Virus record (IMG/VR): IMGVR_UViG_3300036944_000427
Coordinates: 1 to 40,034 of that record
From: a virus
Reading direction: 5' to 3' (one strand)
Length of the DNA: 40,034 nucleotides
The number at the start of each line of letters is the position of its first letter. Within the stretch, counting starts at the first letter, position 1. This document shows, piece after piece, positions 1 through 6,570 of this stretch. The notes under the pieces were generated by a model. The model worked only from the letters and a program-made list of their open reading frames with translations. It did no database searches and was not told where the DNA came from. The position numbers were made by a program, and so were the translations under genes.

Positions 1-115
1 GCATGATGGGCAGGGTCTGGATATTTGGCGAAAGGCGGAGGGGGCGCGTGGCGGCAGCCCAAAGGTGTTATGTTATAACATCACGGGTATCTTTGGACGA
101 TTCAGACAATATCGT
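1..115. repeat. Terminal direct repeat, copy A (identical to 39920-40034)
   Basis: Read directly: bases 1-115 (gcatgatgggcagggtctgg...cagacaatatcgt) match 39920-40034 base for base. This implies a 39,919-bp unit. Confidence 0.95.
70..81. promoter_or_regulatory. 12-bp perfect palindrome ATGTTATAACAT inside the terminal repeat; candidate protein-binding site
   Basis: ATGTTATAACAT is self-complementary and sits in a non-coding region. It is also present at 39989-40000. Confidence 0.35.
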
Positions 116-137
116 CCAATCAACGCGCAACCCCCAT

Positions 138-320
138 AAGCCGCGAGGGAGAGGCTACAGAGCCGACAGAGCCGCTAAGGTCACATATCTAACCGCAAGC
201 CATCGCAAGCCACACACGCCAACCAGAGAGCCTTGGCGATAGCTTCAAAGCCTATCCATAGCGACCAGGTCGCAAGCCTAAAGATCAGGCTCAAAGGATC
301 AGCTCTAAAAGCCTGATTTC
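138..320. repeat. Iteron-like array of short AAGCC/AGAGCC-core repeats with embedded palindromes
   Basis: CAGAGCCG occurs twice (158-165, 167-174). CGCAAGCCA occurs twice at 10-bp spacing (194-202, 204-212). CGCAAGCCT is at 271-279 and AAAGCCT at 247-253 and 309-314. GCGACC-a-GGTCGC is a palindrome at 261-273. ATCAGGCT (284-291) and AGCCTGAT (310-317) form an inverted repeat. Confidence 0.5.
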
Positions 321-403
321 CTCGCGCGTACGTCCTGGACAGACGTGTAGGTTCCCTACACTTGTCTGCGTCCGTTATTGGGCGCAAGTGTCTATACACG
401 TTT

Positions 404-447
404 CCCAACAACGCCCAACAACGCCCATATAGGCCACAATGGCCTAT
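404..447. promoter_or_regulatory. Tandem 10-mer (cccaacaacg, about 2.4 copies) followed by a perfect inverted repeat ATAGGCCA-caa-TGGCCTAT; candidate operator upstream of the early genes
   Basis: Tandem copies lie at 404-413 and 414-423, with a partial copy at 424-427. The 8-bp arms lie at 429-436 and 440-447. Confidence 0.45.
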
Positions 448-563
448 CTATAGTTTAGCATCATTGGACATTTGCTATTTAAAAGGGTTAGACACAAGGC
501 GCCTTGATTGGAATCATCCAATGTCATATATGATCATTTCGAATAGCCATTATGGAGACAGAT

Positions 564-809
564 ATGTTTAAGATTGAGAAGAATGTTGCTGGCCCTTCCA
601 AGGCGGACGTTTCACGAATGAGTAGGCATTCGATCATGAATGCCACGGCGCAAAACCTAAGGCCCGACGAATCATTTGAAGTCGTATGTGCGGACGGTAA
701 TGAGAGAGCCGCTACAATGAGGGCGCTACAACGGTTCAAAAACAAGAATGGGCTTCACGGCCTATTGATAATGAAAATGAGCGAAAACAGCTTCAGGGTA
801 TGGGGGTAA
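564..809 (+). CDS. Hypothetical early protein (81 aa)
   Basis: ORF-track 552..809. GGAGA at 554-558 favours the in-frame ATG at 564. It is the first gene after the control region. GC is visibly lower than the genome. No recognisable motif. Confidence 0.55.
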   Translation: MFKIEKNVAGPSKADVSRMSRHSIMNATAQNLRPDESFEVVCADGNERAATMRALQRFKNKNGLHGLLIMKMSENSFRVWG

Positions 810-813
810 TAAC

Positions 814-1113
814 ATGGGCAAATCATATTCGGGTAGTCACAAATACAATGATGAGAATTGGGAAACGCTGGGGGCACTGGGCGTTTACGATGACGTTAAT
901 TGGATAGTCTACAAGCGCAAAGGCGATGAAATTTGGCATAGGATAAAGGTGGTGGCATTAGGCGCAGCGCCACATAAGGCCAATTACCCAATGTGTTGGA
1001 ATGGGACACGATTTGCCAAATGTATATCGTTTCAAACGATGGCAGAGCATCGAAAAGACCTATTGAAGAAGCTGACATCTTTTATGGAAAAAGTGACATT
1101 AAGTGACATTTAG
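814..1113 (+). CDS. Hypothetical early protein (99 aa)
   Basis: ORF starts 5 nt after the previous stop. It is lower in GC and has no recognisable motif. Confidence 0.6.
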   Translation: MGKSYSGSHKYNDENWETLGALGVYDDVNWIVYKRKGDEIWHRIKVVALGAAPHKANYPMCWNGTRFAKCISFQTMAEHRKDLLKKLTSFMEKVTLSDI

Positions 1114-1182
1114 CGCTTGCACCCACAATCGCCATGTGATTTATGAGTCTTACACAAACGCAACAAACAACGGAACCAGACC

Positions 1183-1458
1183 ATGACCACGCAACCCGAA
1201 ACCATCCATACCGCCTATGCTGTATCGCGCCGTGGTGGCACCACTTACCGCGCCGTGGCCTATGTGCTGCGCGTAATGCCCGAAGGCACGTTCAAGCACA
1301 CACGGCGCATTAGCTTGGACGATACCGCCCAGGACGCCCAGGAGAGCGCGGTCAATTACATTCTTGAACAGTACCGCAAAGACGGCTTGGATTTGCCCGT
1401 TTCAACCACGCACCACGGCAAGCATTCTGCCCTTATCGTCGATAACTTGCTTTTCTAA
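1183..1458 (+). CDS. Hypothetical early protein (91 aa)
   Basis: ORF preceded by the conserved CA-rich leader acaaacaacggaaccagaccATG. Confidence 0.6.
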   Translation: MTTQPETIHTAYAVSRRGGTTYRAVAYVLRVMPEGTFKHTRRISLDDTAQDAQESAVNYILEQYRKDGLDLPVSTTHHGKHSALIVDNLLF

Positions 1459-1487
1459 TCAACCCTCACAAACAACGGATACAGATC

Positions 1488-1778
1488 ATGGCCATGAAAT
1501 ACTTTAGTGGTGATATCGAGCTAATAAACGTAATTCACAACGGTGAATCGGCGTCTAACCCCGCCAATTTTTCAGGATACCCCGGCGTACCTCGCTTTAC
1601 ACGCGGTGAAGGCTGGACGCTTCGCGTCCAAGCCGAACGTATCGTCGAGTACAAGAGCAACCCTTCGCGGCACGACTGCGACGCGCGTTGCTATAACGCT
1701 ACAGGGCGCACAATGAAGTGTGAGTGTGCCTGTAACGGCAAGAACCACGGCCTAGGCCGTTTTGTTTGCGCCGCTTAA
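1488..1778 (+). CDS. Hypothetical Cys-rich protein (96 aa)
   Basis: ORF preceded by the same leader (acaaacaacggatacagatcATG). The C-terminal cluster HDCDARC...CECACNGKNHG suggests metal binding. Confidence 0.65.
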   Translation: MAMKYFSGDIELINVIHNGESASNPANFSGYPGVPRFTRGEGWTLRVQAERIVEYKSNPSRHDCDARCYNATGRTMKCECACNGKNHGLGRFVCAA

Positions 1779-1808
1779 CCCAACCTCTCACCTTTAGGAG
1801 CCAAGCCT

Positions 1809-2036
1809 ATGTTTTACGCAATCGCAAAGCCCGGATTTCATTGCACTCGTTACCTAACGCGCATGAGCCGTGATGGCTATGTAATCGAAACCGTGGCTAT
1901 CTATGACGACGGTTCGAACCCCGGCGACATCTGGAAGGCTCGCAATTTTAAAACTCAAGCCAGCGCCGCTAAAGCTATCGAAACCCTTAAACAATCCGGG
2001 CGTGACGACTTTTTCATTCATCAATTTGCCGCCTAA
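1809..2036 (+). CDS. Hypothetical early protein (75 aa)
   Basis: ORF with AGGAG 8 nt upstream of the ATG. Confidence 0.6.
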   Translation: MFYAIAKPGFHCTRYLTRMSRDGYVIETVAIYDDGSNPGDIWKARNFKTQASAAKAIETLKQSGRDDFFIHQFAA

Positions 2037-2064
2037 CCCAACCCCAACCCAAAGGACCAACCAA

Positions 2065-2310
2065 ATGAACACGCGCCAATCCATCGAGACACGCTACATC
2101 GGCCCAACCCAAACCCTTGGCGGTCGCATCGTCGCCACCACGGCAAGCGGCCATCGCCACACGCACGATTGGGAACACGGCCTAGGCATTGAAGCCAATC
2201 ACTATGAAGCCGCCAAGGCCTTACAAGCCAAGCTCGATTGGGAACCTATCGTAGCAGGTGGCTCGACCAAGGCCGGGTTCGTCTGGCTTACGTCAACGCT
2301 GGAGGGCTAA
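2065..2310 (+). CDS. Hypothetical early protein (81 aa)
   Basis: Internal ATG of ORF 1903..2310, located after the stop of the previous gene and preceded by aaaggaccaaccaa. The N-terminus (IETRYIGPT..GGRI) loosely resembles that of 1183..1458. Confidence 0.6.
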   Translation: MNTRQSIETRYIGPTQTLGGRIVATTASGHRHTHDWEHGLGIEANHYEAAKALQAKLDWEPIVAGGSTKAGFVWLTSTLEG

Positions 2311-2314
2311 GACC

Positions 2315-2614
2315 ATGACAACCCAACACACCCCCGGCCCATGGACGCTAGAAGGTAGCGGGGATAGGCTTATCGTTAGCAAACGTGGCGACGGGTTTAT
2401 AACCCGCGACATTTCAGTTTGCAGAATGGACGACAGCACTTGCGCCGCTTTTAATAATAAGGCCAACGCACGCCTGATAGCCGCCGCGCCTGACTTGCTC
2501 GCCGCTGCCAAACGCGCACTCAATTTCATTGAGAACACAGAAAGCGAAATGGGGTGTTCGCTTGAAAGCGGCGAACAGCTCCGCGCCGCCATCGCCAAAG
2601 CCAAGGGACAATAG
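2315..2614 (+). CDS. Ead/Ea22-like phage protein (99 aa)
   Basis: Uses the internal ATG at 2315 of ORF 2258..2614. It carries the TPGPW ... NARLIAAAPDLLAAA motif combination that I recognise from Ead/Ea22-like phage proteins. Confidence 0.7.
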   Translation: MTTQHTPGPWTLEGSGDRLIVSKRGDGFITRDISVCRMDDSTCAAFNNKANARLIAAAPDLLAAAKRALNFIENTESEMGCSLESGEQLRAAIAKAKGQ

Positions 2615-2617
2615 CCC

Positions 2618-2908
2618 ATGACATTCCCGACCCTTCAATCTTGGCCTGATTTTGACATTGACGGCGCCCCTATGTCAGAAACCCTTATCGGTTTTGATAA
2701 TGCGCCTATAGCTTCCGTGCTCGACACAAGCCACCATGACGCTTTTTTGCGCCTAGCCCTATCGGCCCCCGATATGTATGACGCCCTCAAGTTGGCCCTA
2801 GAAGCTATCAGCGCCGTCCCTAACTATCGCATTCCAGGCCGCTATGGCGGAAGCTACGCCGTCGCCAGCTTGATCGAGCAAGCCCTTGCCAAAGCCAAAG
2901 GACAATAA
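2618..2908 (+). CDS. Hypothetical protein, C-terminal paralogue of 2315..2614 (96 aa)
   Basis: Contains SAPDMYDALKLALEAI, and its ...ALAKAKGQ end mirrors ...AIAKAKGQ of the upstream gene. The 29-nt junction is 26/29 identical. Confidence 0.65.
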   Translation: MTFPTLQSWPDFDIDGAPMSETLIGFDNAPIASVLDTSHHDAFLRLALSAPDMYDALKLALEAISAVPNYRIPGRYGGSYAVASLIEQALAKAKGQ

Positions 2909-2911
2909 GCC

Positions 2912-3031
2912 ATGACTTACACGCCACCACCACCGCGCACCCCTTGGCTTGCCTTAGCGGCCTTTGGCCTAGTCGCTACCGGATTCTTTATGGGCATATG
3001 GGCAGCCCTCGCATGGGCGTTCCTGCTATGA
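2912..3031 (+). CDS. 39-aa proline-rich / single-pass membrane microprotein (below the ORF-track cutoff)
   Basis: Hand translation gives MTYTPPPPRTPWLALAAFGLVATGFFMGIWAALAWAFLL*. The ATG lies 3 nt after the previous stop. Its TGA overlaps the next ATG (ctATGAgg at 3028-3031). Confidence 0.5.
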   Translation: MTYTPPPPRTPWLALAAFGLVATGFFMGIWAALAWAFLL

Positions 3032-3624
3032 GGGTGCTGATAGCCTGTGAATATTCCGGCACCGTGCGCGATGCATTCCGCGCCCTAGGGCATGACGCAA
3101 TGTCTTGCGACCTATTGCCGACAGACCGCGACGGACCGCACCACCAGGGCGACGTTTTTGACGTGATAGGCGACGGGTGGGATTTGATGATAGCGCACCC
3201 GCCTTGCACCTATCTTTGTTCAAGCGGGCTTCACTGGAATAAACGCTATCCAGAACGCGAGCAAAAGACCGCCGACGCTCTCGCATTTGTCCAACGCCTA
3301 ATGGATGCCCCCATCGCCCGCATAGCCATAGAGAACCCCATAGGGCGCATTGGCACGGCCATTCGCAAGGCTGACCAGATCATCCAGCCTTATAAATTTG
3401 GCCACGACGCAAGCAAACAGACCGCCCTATGGCTCAAAGGCTTGCCCAAGCTCACGCCTACACAGCTTGTCGCGCCTCGCATGGTCGATGGAAAGTCTAG
3501 ATGGTCCAATCAGACAGACAGCGGCCAGAACCGCCTATCGCCCTCGCCCGACAGATGGAAAATAAGGTCAACCACCTACCAAGGCATTGCCGACGCAATG
3601 GCTAGGCAATGGGGCCGAGCCTGA
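3028..3624 (+). CDS. DNA (cytosine-5) methyltransferase-like protein, short form (198 aa)
   Basis: Uses the internal ATG at 3028 of ORF 2944..3624. Motifs are MRVLIACEYSG (motif-I-like), IAHPPCTYLCSSG (PC catalytic motif) and IAIENP (ENV-like). It resembles short phage/prophage proteins that I recall being annotated as DNA cytosine methyltransferase. Confidence 0.6.
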   Translation: MRVLIACEYSGTVRDAFRALGHDAMSCDLLPTDRDGPHHQGDVFDVIGDGWDLMIAHPPCTYLCSSGLHWNKRYPEREQKTADALAFVQRLMDAPIARIAIENPIGRIGTAIRKADQIIQPYKFGHDASKQTALWLKGLPKLTPTQLVAPRMVDGKSRWSNQTDSGQNRLSPSPDRWKIRSTTYQGIADAMARQWGRA

Positions 3625-3693
3625 TCACGCTTTCGTGATTAACCCTCTCGCAACCATTTAGTTATAAACAGAACCACGCAAACAGGAGCAAAC

Positions 3694-3999
3694 ATGACCC
3701 ACGCAACCATAACCACCACTTTTGACTTAGAACTAGAATGCGAGATTGATGGCGACTATTGGCGCTATGAAGATGAATCGGTGCAAGATCTCACTTTGTG
3801 CTTTCTATACGCCTACGATCCACACCCTAGCACCGCACGTTATGACCTATTGCAAGGCCTTGACCGGCCATCGCGCCTAATCGTTCAGCGCAACATATTT
3901 AAAATGGCTGGCATGTTAGAACGCGTAATCAAAGACATAGAAGCCATAGGCGAAGACCTCCACATCGAACCCGACTATGACCCAAAGGATGATCTGTGA
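3694..3999 (+). CDS. Strongly acidic hypothetical protein (101 aa)
   Basis: About 23 Asp/Glu against 9 Lys/Arg by hand count. AGGAG lies upstream of the ATG. Confidence 0.65.
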   Translation: MTHATITTTFDLELECEIDGDYWRYEDESVQDLTLCFLYAYDPHPSTARYDLLQGLDRPSRLIVQRNIFKMAGMLERVIKDIEAIGEDLHIEPDYDPKDDL

Positions 4000-4334
4000 T
4001 GAACGACGCAAACCCCTATCGCAATGTCTCACAAGATCCTGAATTTTTGGTTCAATGTGGCAAAGGCCAGCAACAGGCCAGCCCGGAAGCCATCGAGCGT
4101 TACAAGGCATCGTTTGAAATGCAGCACTACCAAGCCAAAATCGCCCGCGCAATCGCGGCATATGAGGAGGCCCGCATGGGCGCACGACCCAAGCCTAAAT
4201 TCATCCTTCACATCGACGCAGATCACTTTTACGCCAAACGCTCACGCGCCGGACTGATCGACGTCATTGCCGTGGCCGTGGGCGGTGCCATGTGGTTCGC
4301 CATCCTTGCAGGCTTGTGGGTGATCTTCGGATGA
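3999..4334 (+). CDS. Hypothetical protein with C-terminal transmembrane segment (111 aa)
   Basis: The ATG at 3999 overlaps the previous TGA (TGATG). The C-terminus VIAVAVGGAMWFAILAGLWVIFG is hydrophobic. Confidence 0.6.
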   Translation: MNDANPYRNVSQDPEFLVQCGKGQQQASPEAIERYKASFEMQHYQAKIARAIAAYEEARMGARPKPKFILHIDADHFYAKRSRAGLIDVIAVAVGGAMWFAILAGLWVIFG

Positions 4335-5086
4335 TCAAGCCAGTCATAGCAGTTTGGTTTTCTTGCGGTGCCGCCAGCGCCGTTGCCGCCAAGTTGACCT
4401 TGGACCAGTACCGCGACACTCACACGGTACGGGTCTTGAACAATCCGATCTTAGAGGAAGGGGATGACAACCAACGCTTCCTGCGTGACGTGTCCGCTTG
4501 GTTAAACTGGCCTATCGAGCACGTCATTAACCCAAAATATCCGCTGTGCAGCACAGCCGACGTTTGGGACAGGCGCAAGGCTATGGCGTTCCCCCACGGT
4601 GCGCCTTGCACGTTCCACTTAAAAAAAGAGGCCCGCCAAATTTGGGAGCAATCCAATCACGTTGATTGGCTTGTCCTTGGCTTTACGTCAGAAGAGCAGG
4701 GCAGGCATGACCGCTTTAAACTGTCAGAACGTAGCAACCTATTGCCGGTCCTGATTGACGCGGGCATGACCAAGCAGGATTGCTTAGACTATCTTGTTCG
4801 TGCTGGCATTCCTTTGCCTGACAGCTACGCCAAGGGCTTCCCCAACGCTAATTGCACCAAGCGCGGTTGCGTCAAGGCCACAAGCCCCACCTATTGGAAT
4901 CACTTGCGCCAGGTCGAGCCAGAGGGTCACGCGGCCATGTGCGAGCAATCGCGCCGCTTAGGTGCCCGTCTGGTGCGCTACAAAGGCCAGCGCATCTTTC
5001 TGGATGAATTGCCCCACGACGCTAAGGGCCGCGCCCTAGCATCTCTCAAAACGCCCGATTGCGGCATCTTCTGTGAGGAAAAATGA
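4331..5086 (+). CDS. PAPS-reductase-fold (PP-loop ATP pyrophosphatase, CysH/DndC-like) protein (251 aa)
   Basis: The ATG at 4331 forms an ATGA overlap with the previous gene. VIAVWFSCGAAS is a degenerate SGGxDS PP-loop. Other family-like stretches are GFTSEEQGRHDRF and PVLIDAGMTKQDCLDYLVRAGIPLPDSYAKGF.NANC. The C-terminal DCGIFC resembles the ECGLH motif. Confidence 0.7.
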   Translation: MIKPVIAVWFSCGAASAVAAKLTLDQYRDTHTVRVLNNPILEEGDDNQRFLRDVSAWLNWPIEHVINPKYPLCSTADVWDRRKAMAFPHGAPCTFHLKKEARQIWEQSNHVDWLVLGFTSEEQGRHDRFKLSERSNLLPVLIDAGMTKQDCLDYLVRAGIPLPDSYAKGFPNANCTKRGCVKATSPTYWNHLRQVEPEGHAAMCEQSRRLGARLVRYKGQRIFLDELPHDAKGRALASLKTPDCGIFCEEK

Positions 5087-5226
5087 GCGACCACCTGATC
5101 ACCCTCAAGCACAGCAGCCGGTGCCGGTGCAGCGCATGGCTCCCCGCCGGATCGACCGCCCGCCTGTCGCCCTTCAGCAAAACACCCTACGACTGCGTAG
5201 CGTGCCGACCGAGGCCCAAGTCATGA
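5083..5226 (+). CDS. 47-aa Cys4 microprotein (below the ORF-track cutoff)
   Basis: Hand translation gives MSDHLITLKHSSRCRCSAWLPAGSTARLSPFSKTPYDCVACRPRPKS*. It has ATGA overlaps at both ends (5083-5086 and 5223-5226). The cysteines follow a CxC...CxxC pattern. Confidence 0.45.
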   Translation: MSDHLITLKHSSRCRCSAWLPAGSTARLSPFSKTPYDCVACRPRPKS

Positions 5227-5582
5227 CCTGCCCCCATTGCGTCCATCTGATGCACGAAAACAAGCGCCTTGTCGGGGTCATTAAACGCCTAAAGGCCAGG
5301 TCGCTACAGTCCACGCCTATCACGCCCCTAAGCCTAGGCTTCACAGGCCAGCAAGAGATCATCATAGAAGCCCTGTGGGCCGCGCAGGGGGCAGGGGTAA
5401 CGTCTGCCCTGCTATCCTTCGCCCTTGGCAGCGGATCGTCCAAGGCAAGCGTTCGCGTCCAGATAAACCGCATCCGCGCCAAGCTAGGACCGGACACGAT
5501 TAAGAATCGCTACGGCTCTGGATACTATTTCACGCCCGAAGGCTTGGGCATTCTGTCAGAAATTATGGAAGGATCGAAATGA
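5223..5582 (+). CDS. OmpR/PhoB-type winged-helix DNA-binding protein (119 aa)
   Basis: The C-terminal ASVRVQINRIRAKLGPDTIKNRYGSGYYFT matches the Trans_reg_C recognition helix and wing pattern. The N-terminus has CPHC. The start is set at ATG 5223; the track's GTG start at 5073 is less likely. Confidence 0.65.
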   Translation: MTCPHCVHLMHENKRLVGVIKRLKARSLQSTPITPLSLGFTGQQEIIIEALWAAQGAGVTSALLSFALGSGSSKASVRVQINRIRAKLGPDTIKNRYGSGYYFTPEGLGILSEIMEGSK

Positions 5583-6043
5583 CTAACGAAGAACTAGATA
5601 TCGCCCGCGTTGACGAGGCCATGAGGCTTTGGGACGGATCAAAGGGGTCTTTAGCGGTTATCGCCGCCCGCCTAGCCCGCGAGGGTTGGACGCCGCCAGT
5701 GGCGGTTGATCCTGATTTGACCGAAGCGCGGGAGATTGTGGCGCGGCTATATGATGTGAGCTGGCCGGAACGAGCAAACGCTATTCGCGCGGGCGATCAA
5801 GATCACAACGTGGAAAATGTTTCCGCCCTCGCTGGCATTGCCCGAGGCCGAGCCCTCGCCAACGCAGAGGCCAAGCCGGGGATGGTTTGGGCTAAGCATG
5901 AACAAAGCAATGTAAGTCCGGCTCCCGGCTCACTGGTCACGGTAAGGTTTCACAAGGGTCACTATGAAACCGGCCAATCGTTTATGTTTGATTGGTGGAG
6001 AGTTGACCACTACGCCATCATCACCCCGCCGGAGGAAAAGTAG
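5579..6043 (+). CDS. Hypothetical protein (154 aa)
   Basis: ORF with an ATGA overlap with the upstream gene. No recognisable motif. Confidence 0.65.
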   Translation: MTNEELDIARVDEAMRLWDGSKGSLAVIAARLAREGWTPPVAVDPDLTEAREIVARLYDVSWPERANAIRAGDQDHNVENVSALAGIARGRALANAEAKPGMVWAKHEQSNVSPAPGSLVTVRFHKGHYETGQSFMFDWWRVDHYAIITPPEEK

Positions 6044-6298
6044 ATGAGCGGATACAACATAAAAGCTATTGATGCTGAATTGGAATGTTTGAACGAGCGA
6101 ATTGCCGAACGTAACGCCACCATCGCGTCTCAGGCGGCAGAGATCGATCGGCTGGACGAGGCTCTGAGAGGCGTTCTTTCATGGGCCGAATATATCGCAG
6201 GGGATGGGTCCAATCTCACCGCCCATGAGGTCTGGGAGGAACTGCACACTATCGAACTTGCCCGCGCCGCCCTACAGCCCAAGGAGGGGGAGGGATGA
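6044..6298 (+). CDS. Hypothetical coiled-coil protein (84 aa), paralogue of 6851..7114
   Basis: The ATG directly abuts the previous TAG. It contains EIDRLDEALRGV and ends in ...ARAALQPKEGEG. Confidence 0.65.
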   Translation: MSGYNIKAIDAELECLNERIAERNATIASQAAEIDRLDEALRGVLSWAEYIAGDGSNLTAHEVWEELHTIELARAALQPKEGEG

Positions 6299-6570
6299 GC
6301 AACGACCGCATTGACTGGAACAACTTGCCTCAGTTGCTGCGTAAGACCCGGACCGGCGCAACCCGTGAAGATTTAGCGGCGCGTAAACTCAGCATGACAA
6401 AGGCCAGCCATAAGGGTCGGTGCCATTTGTCGAACCAAAAACGTCGCCAAATGAAGCGGGAAAAATTGCAAAAAGCCATGCAAAACCAAAACAAAACAGT
6501 CAACGGTTTTAGGGAATTTAAAGCACGTGTTCGATCCTATTGGCTTGGTCAAACGGAGGAACACCCATGA
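6295..6570 (+). CDS. Hypothetical basic protein (91 aa)
   Basis: ATGA overlap with the upstream gene. The centre is Lys/Arg-rich. Confidence 0.6.
   Translation: MSNDRIDWNNLPQLLRKTRTGATREDLAARKLSMTKASHKGRCHLSNQKRRQMKREKLQKAMQNQNKTVNGFREFKARVRSYWLGQTEEHP

Noticed and set aside
3-571. ORFs 3..242 (+), 181..411 (-) and 362..571 (+) in the control region
   Set aside because: They have no ribosome-binding sites and mutually overlap. Their translations are Arg/Pro-rich and low in complexity. The region is dense in repeats and palindromes, so it is better explained as regulatory DNA.
1911-1922. GGTTCGAACCCC, a tRNA T-arm-like string
   Set aside because: The flanks cannot form T-stem pairing or a cloverleaf, and it lies inside the coding frame of 1809..2036 (DDGSNPGD). 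I recognised no tRNA anywhere in the window.
3622-3641. Hairpin tgatcacg-cttt-cgtgatta after the methyltransferase-like gene
   Set aside because: The stem includes a G-T wobble and is followed by C/A-rich sequence, not a T-run. It is possibly a weak attenuator, but it is not supportable as a terminator.
5073-5222. GTG-initiated N-terminal extension of the wHTH ORF (MRKNERPPDHPQAQQ...)
   Set aside because: It is a Pro/Arg/Gln-rich low-complexity translation. The alternative frame gives a 47-aa Cys4 ORF with ATGA overlaps at both ends, and the wHTH protein then starts cleanly at ATG 5223. This remains uncertain without conservation data.
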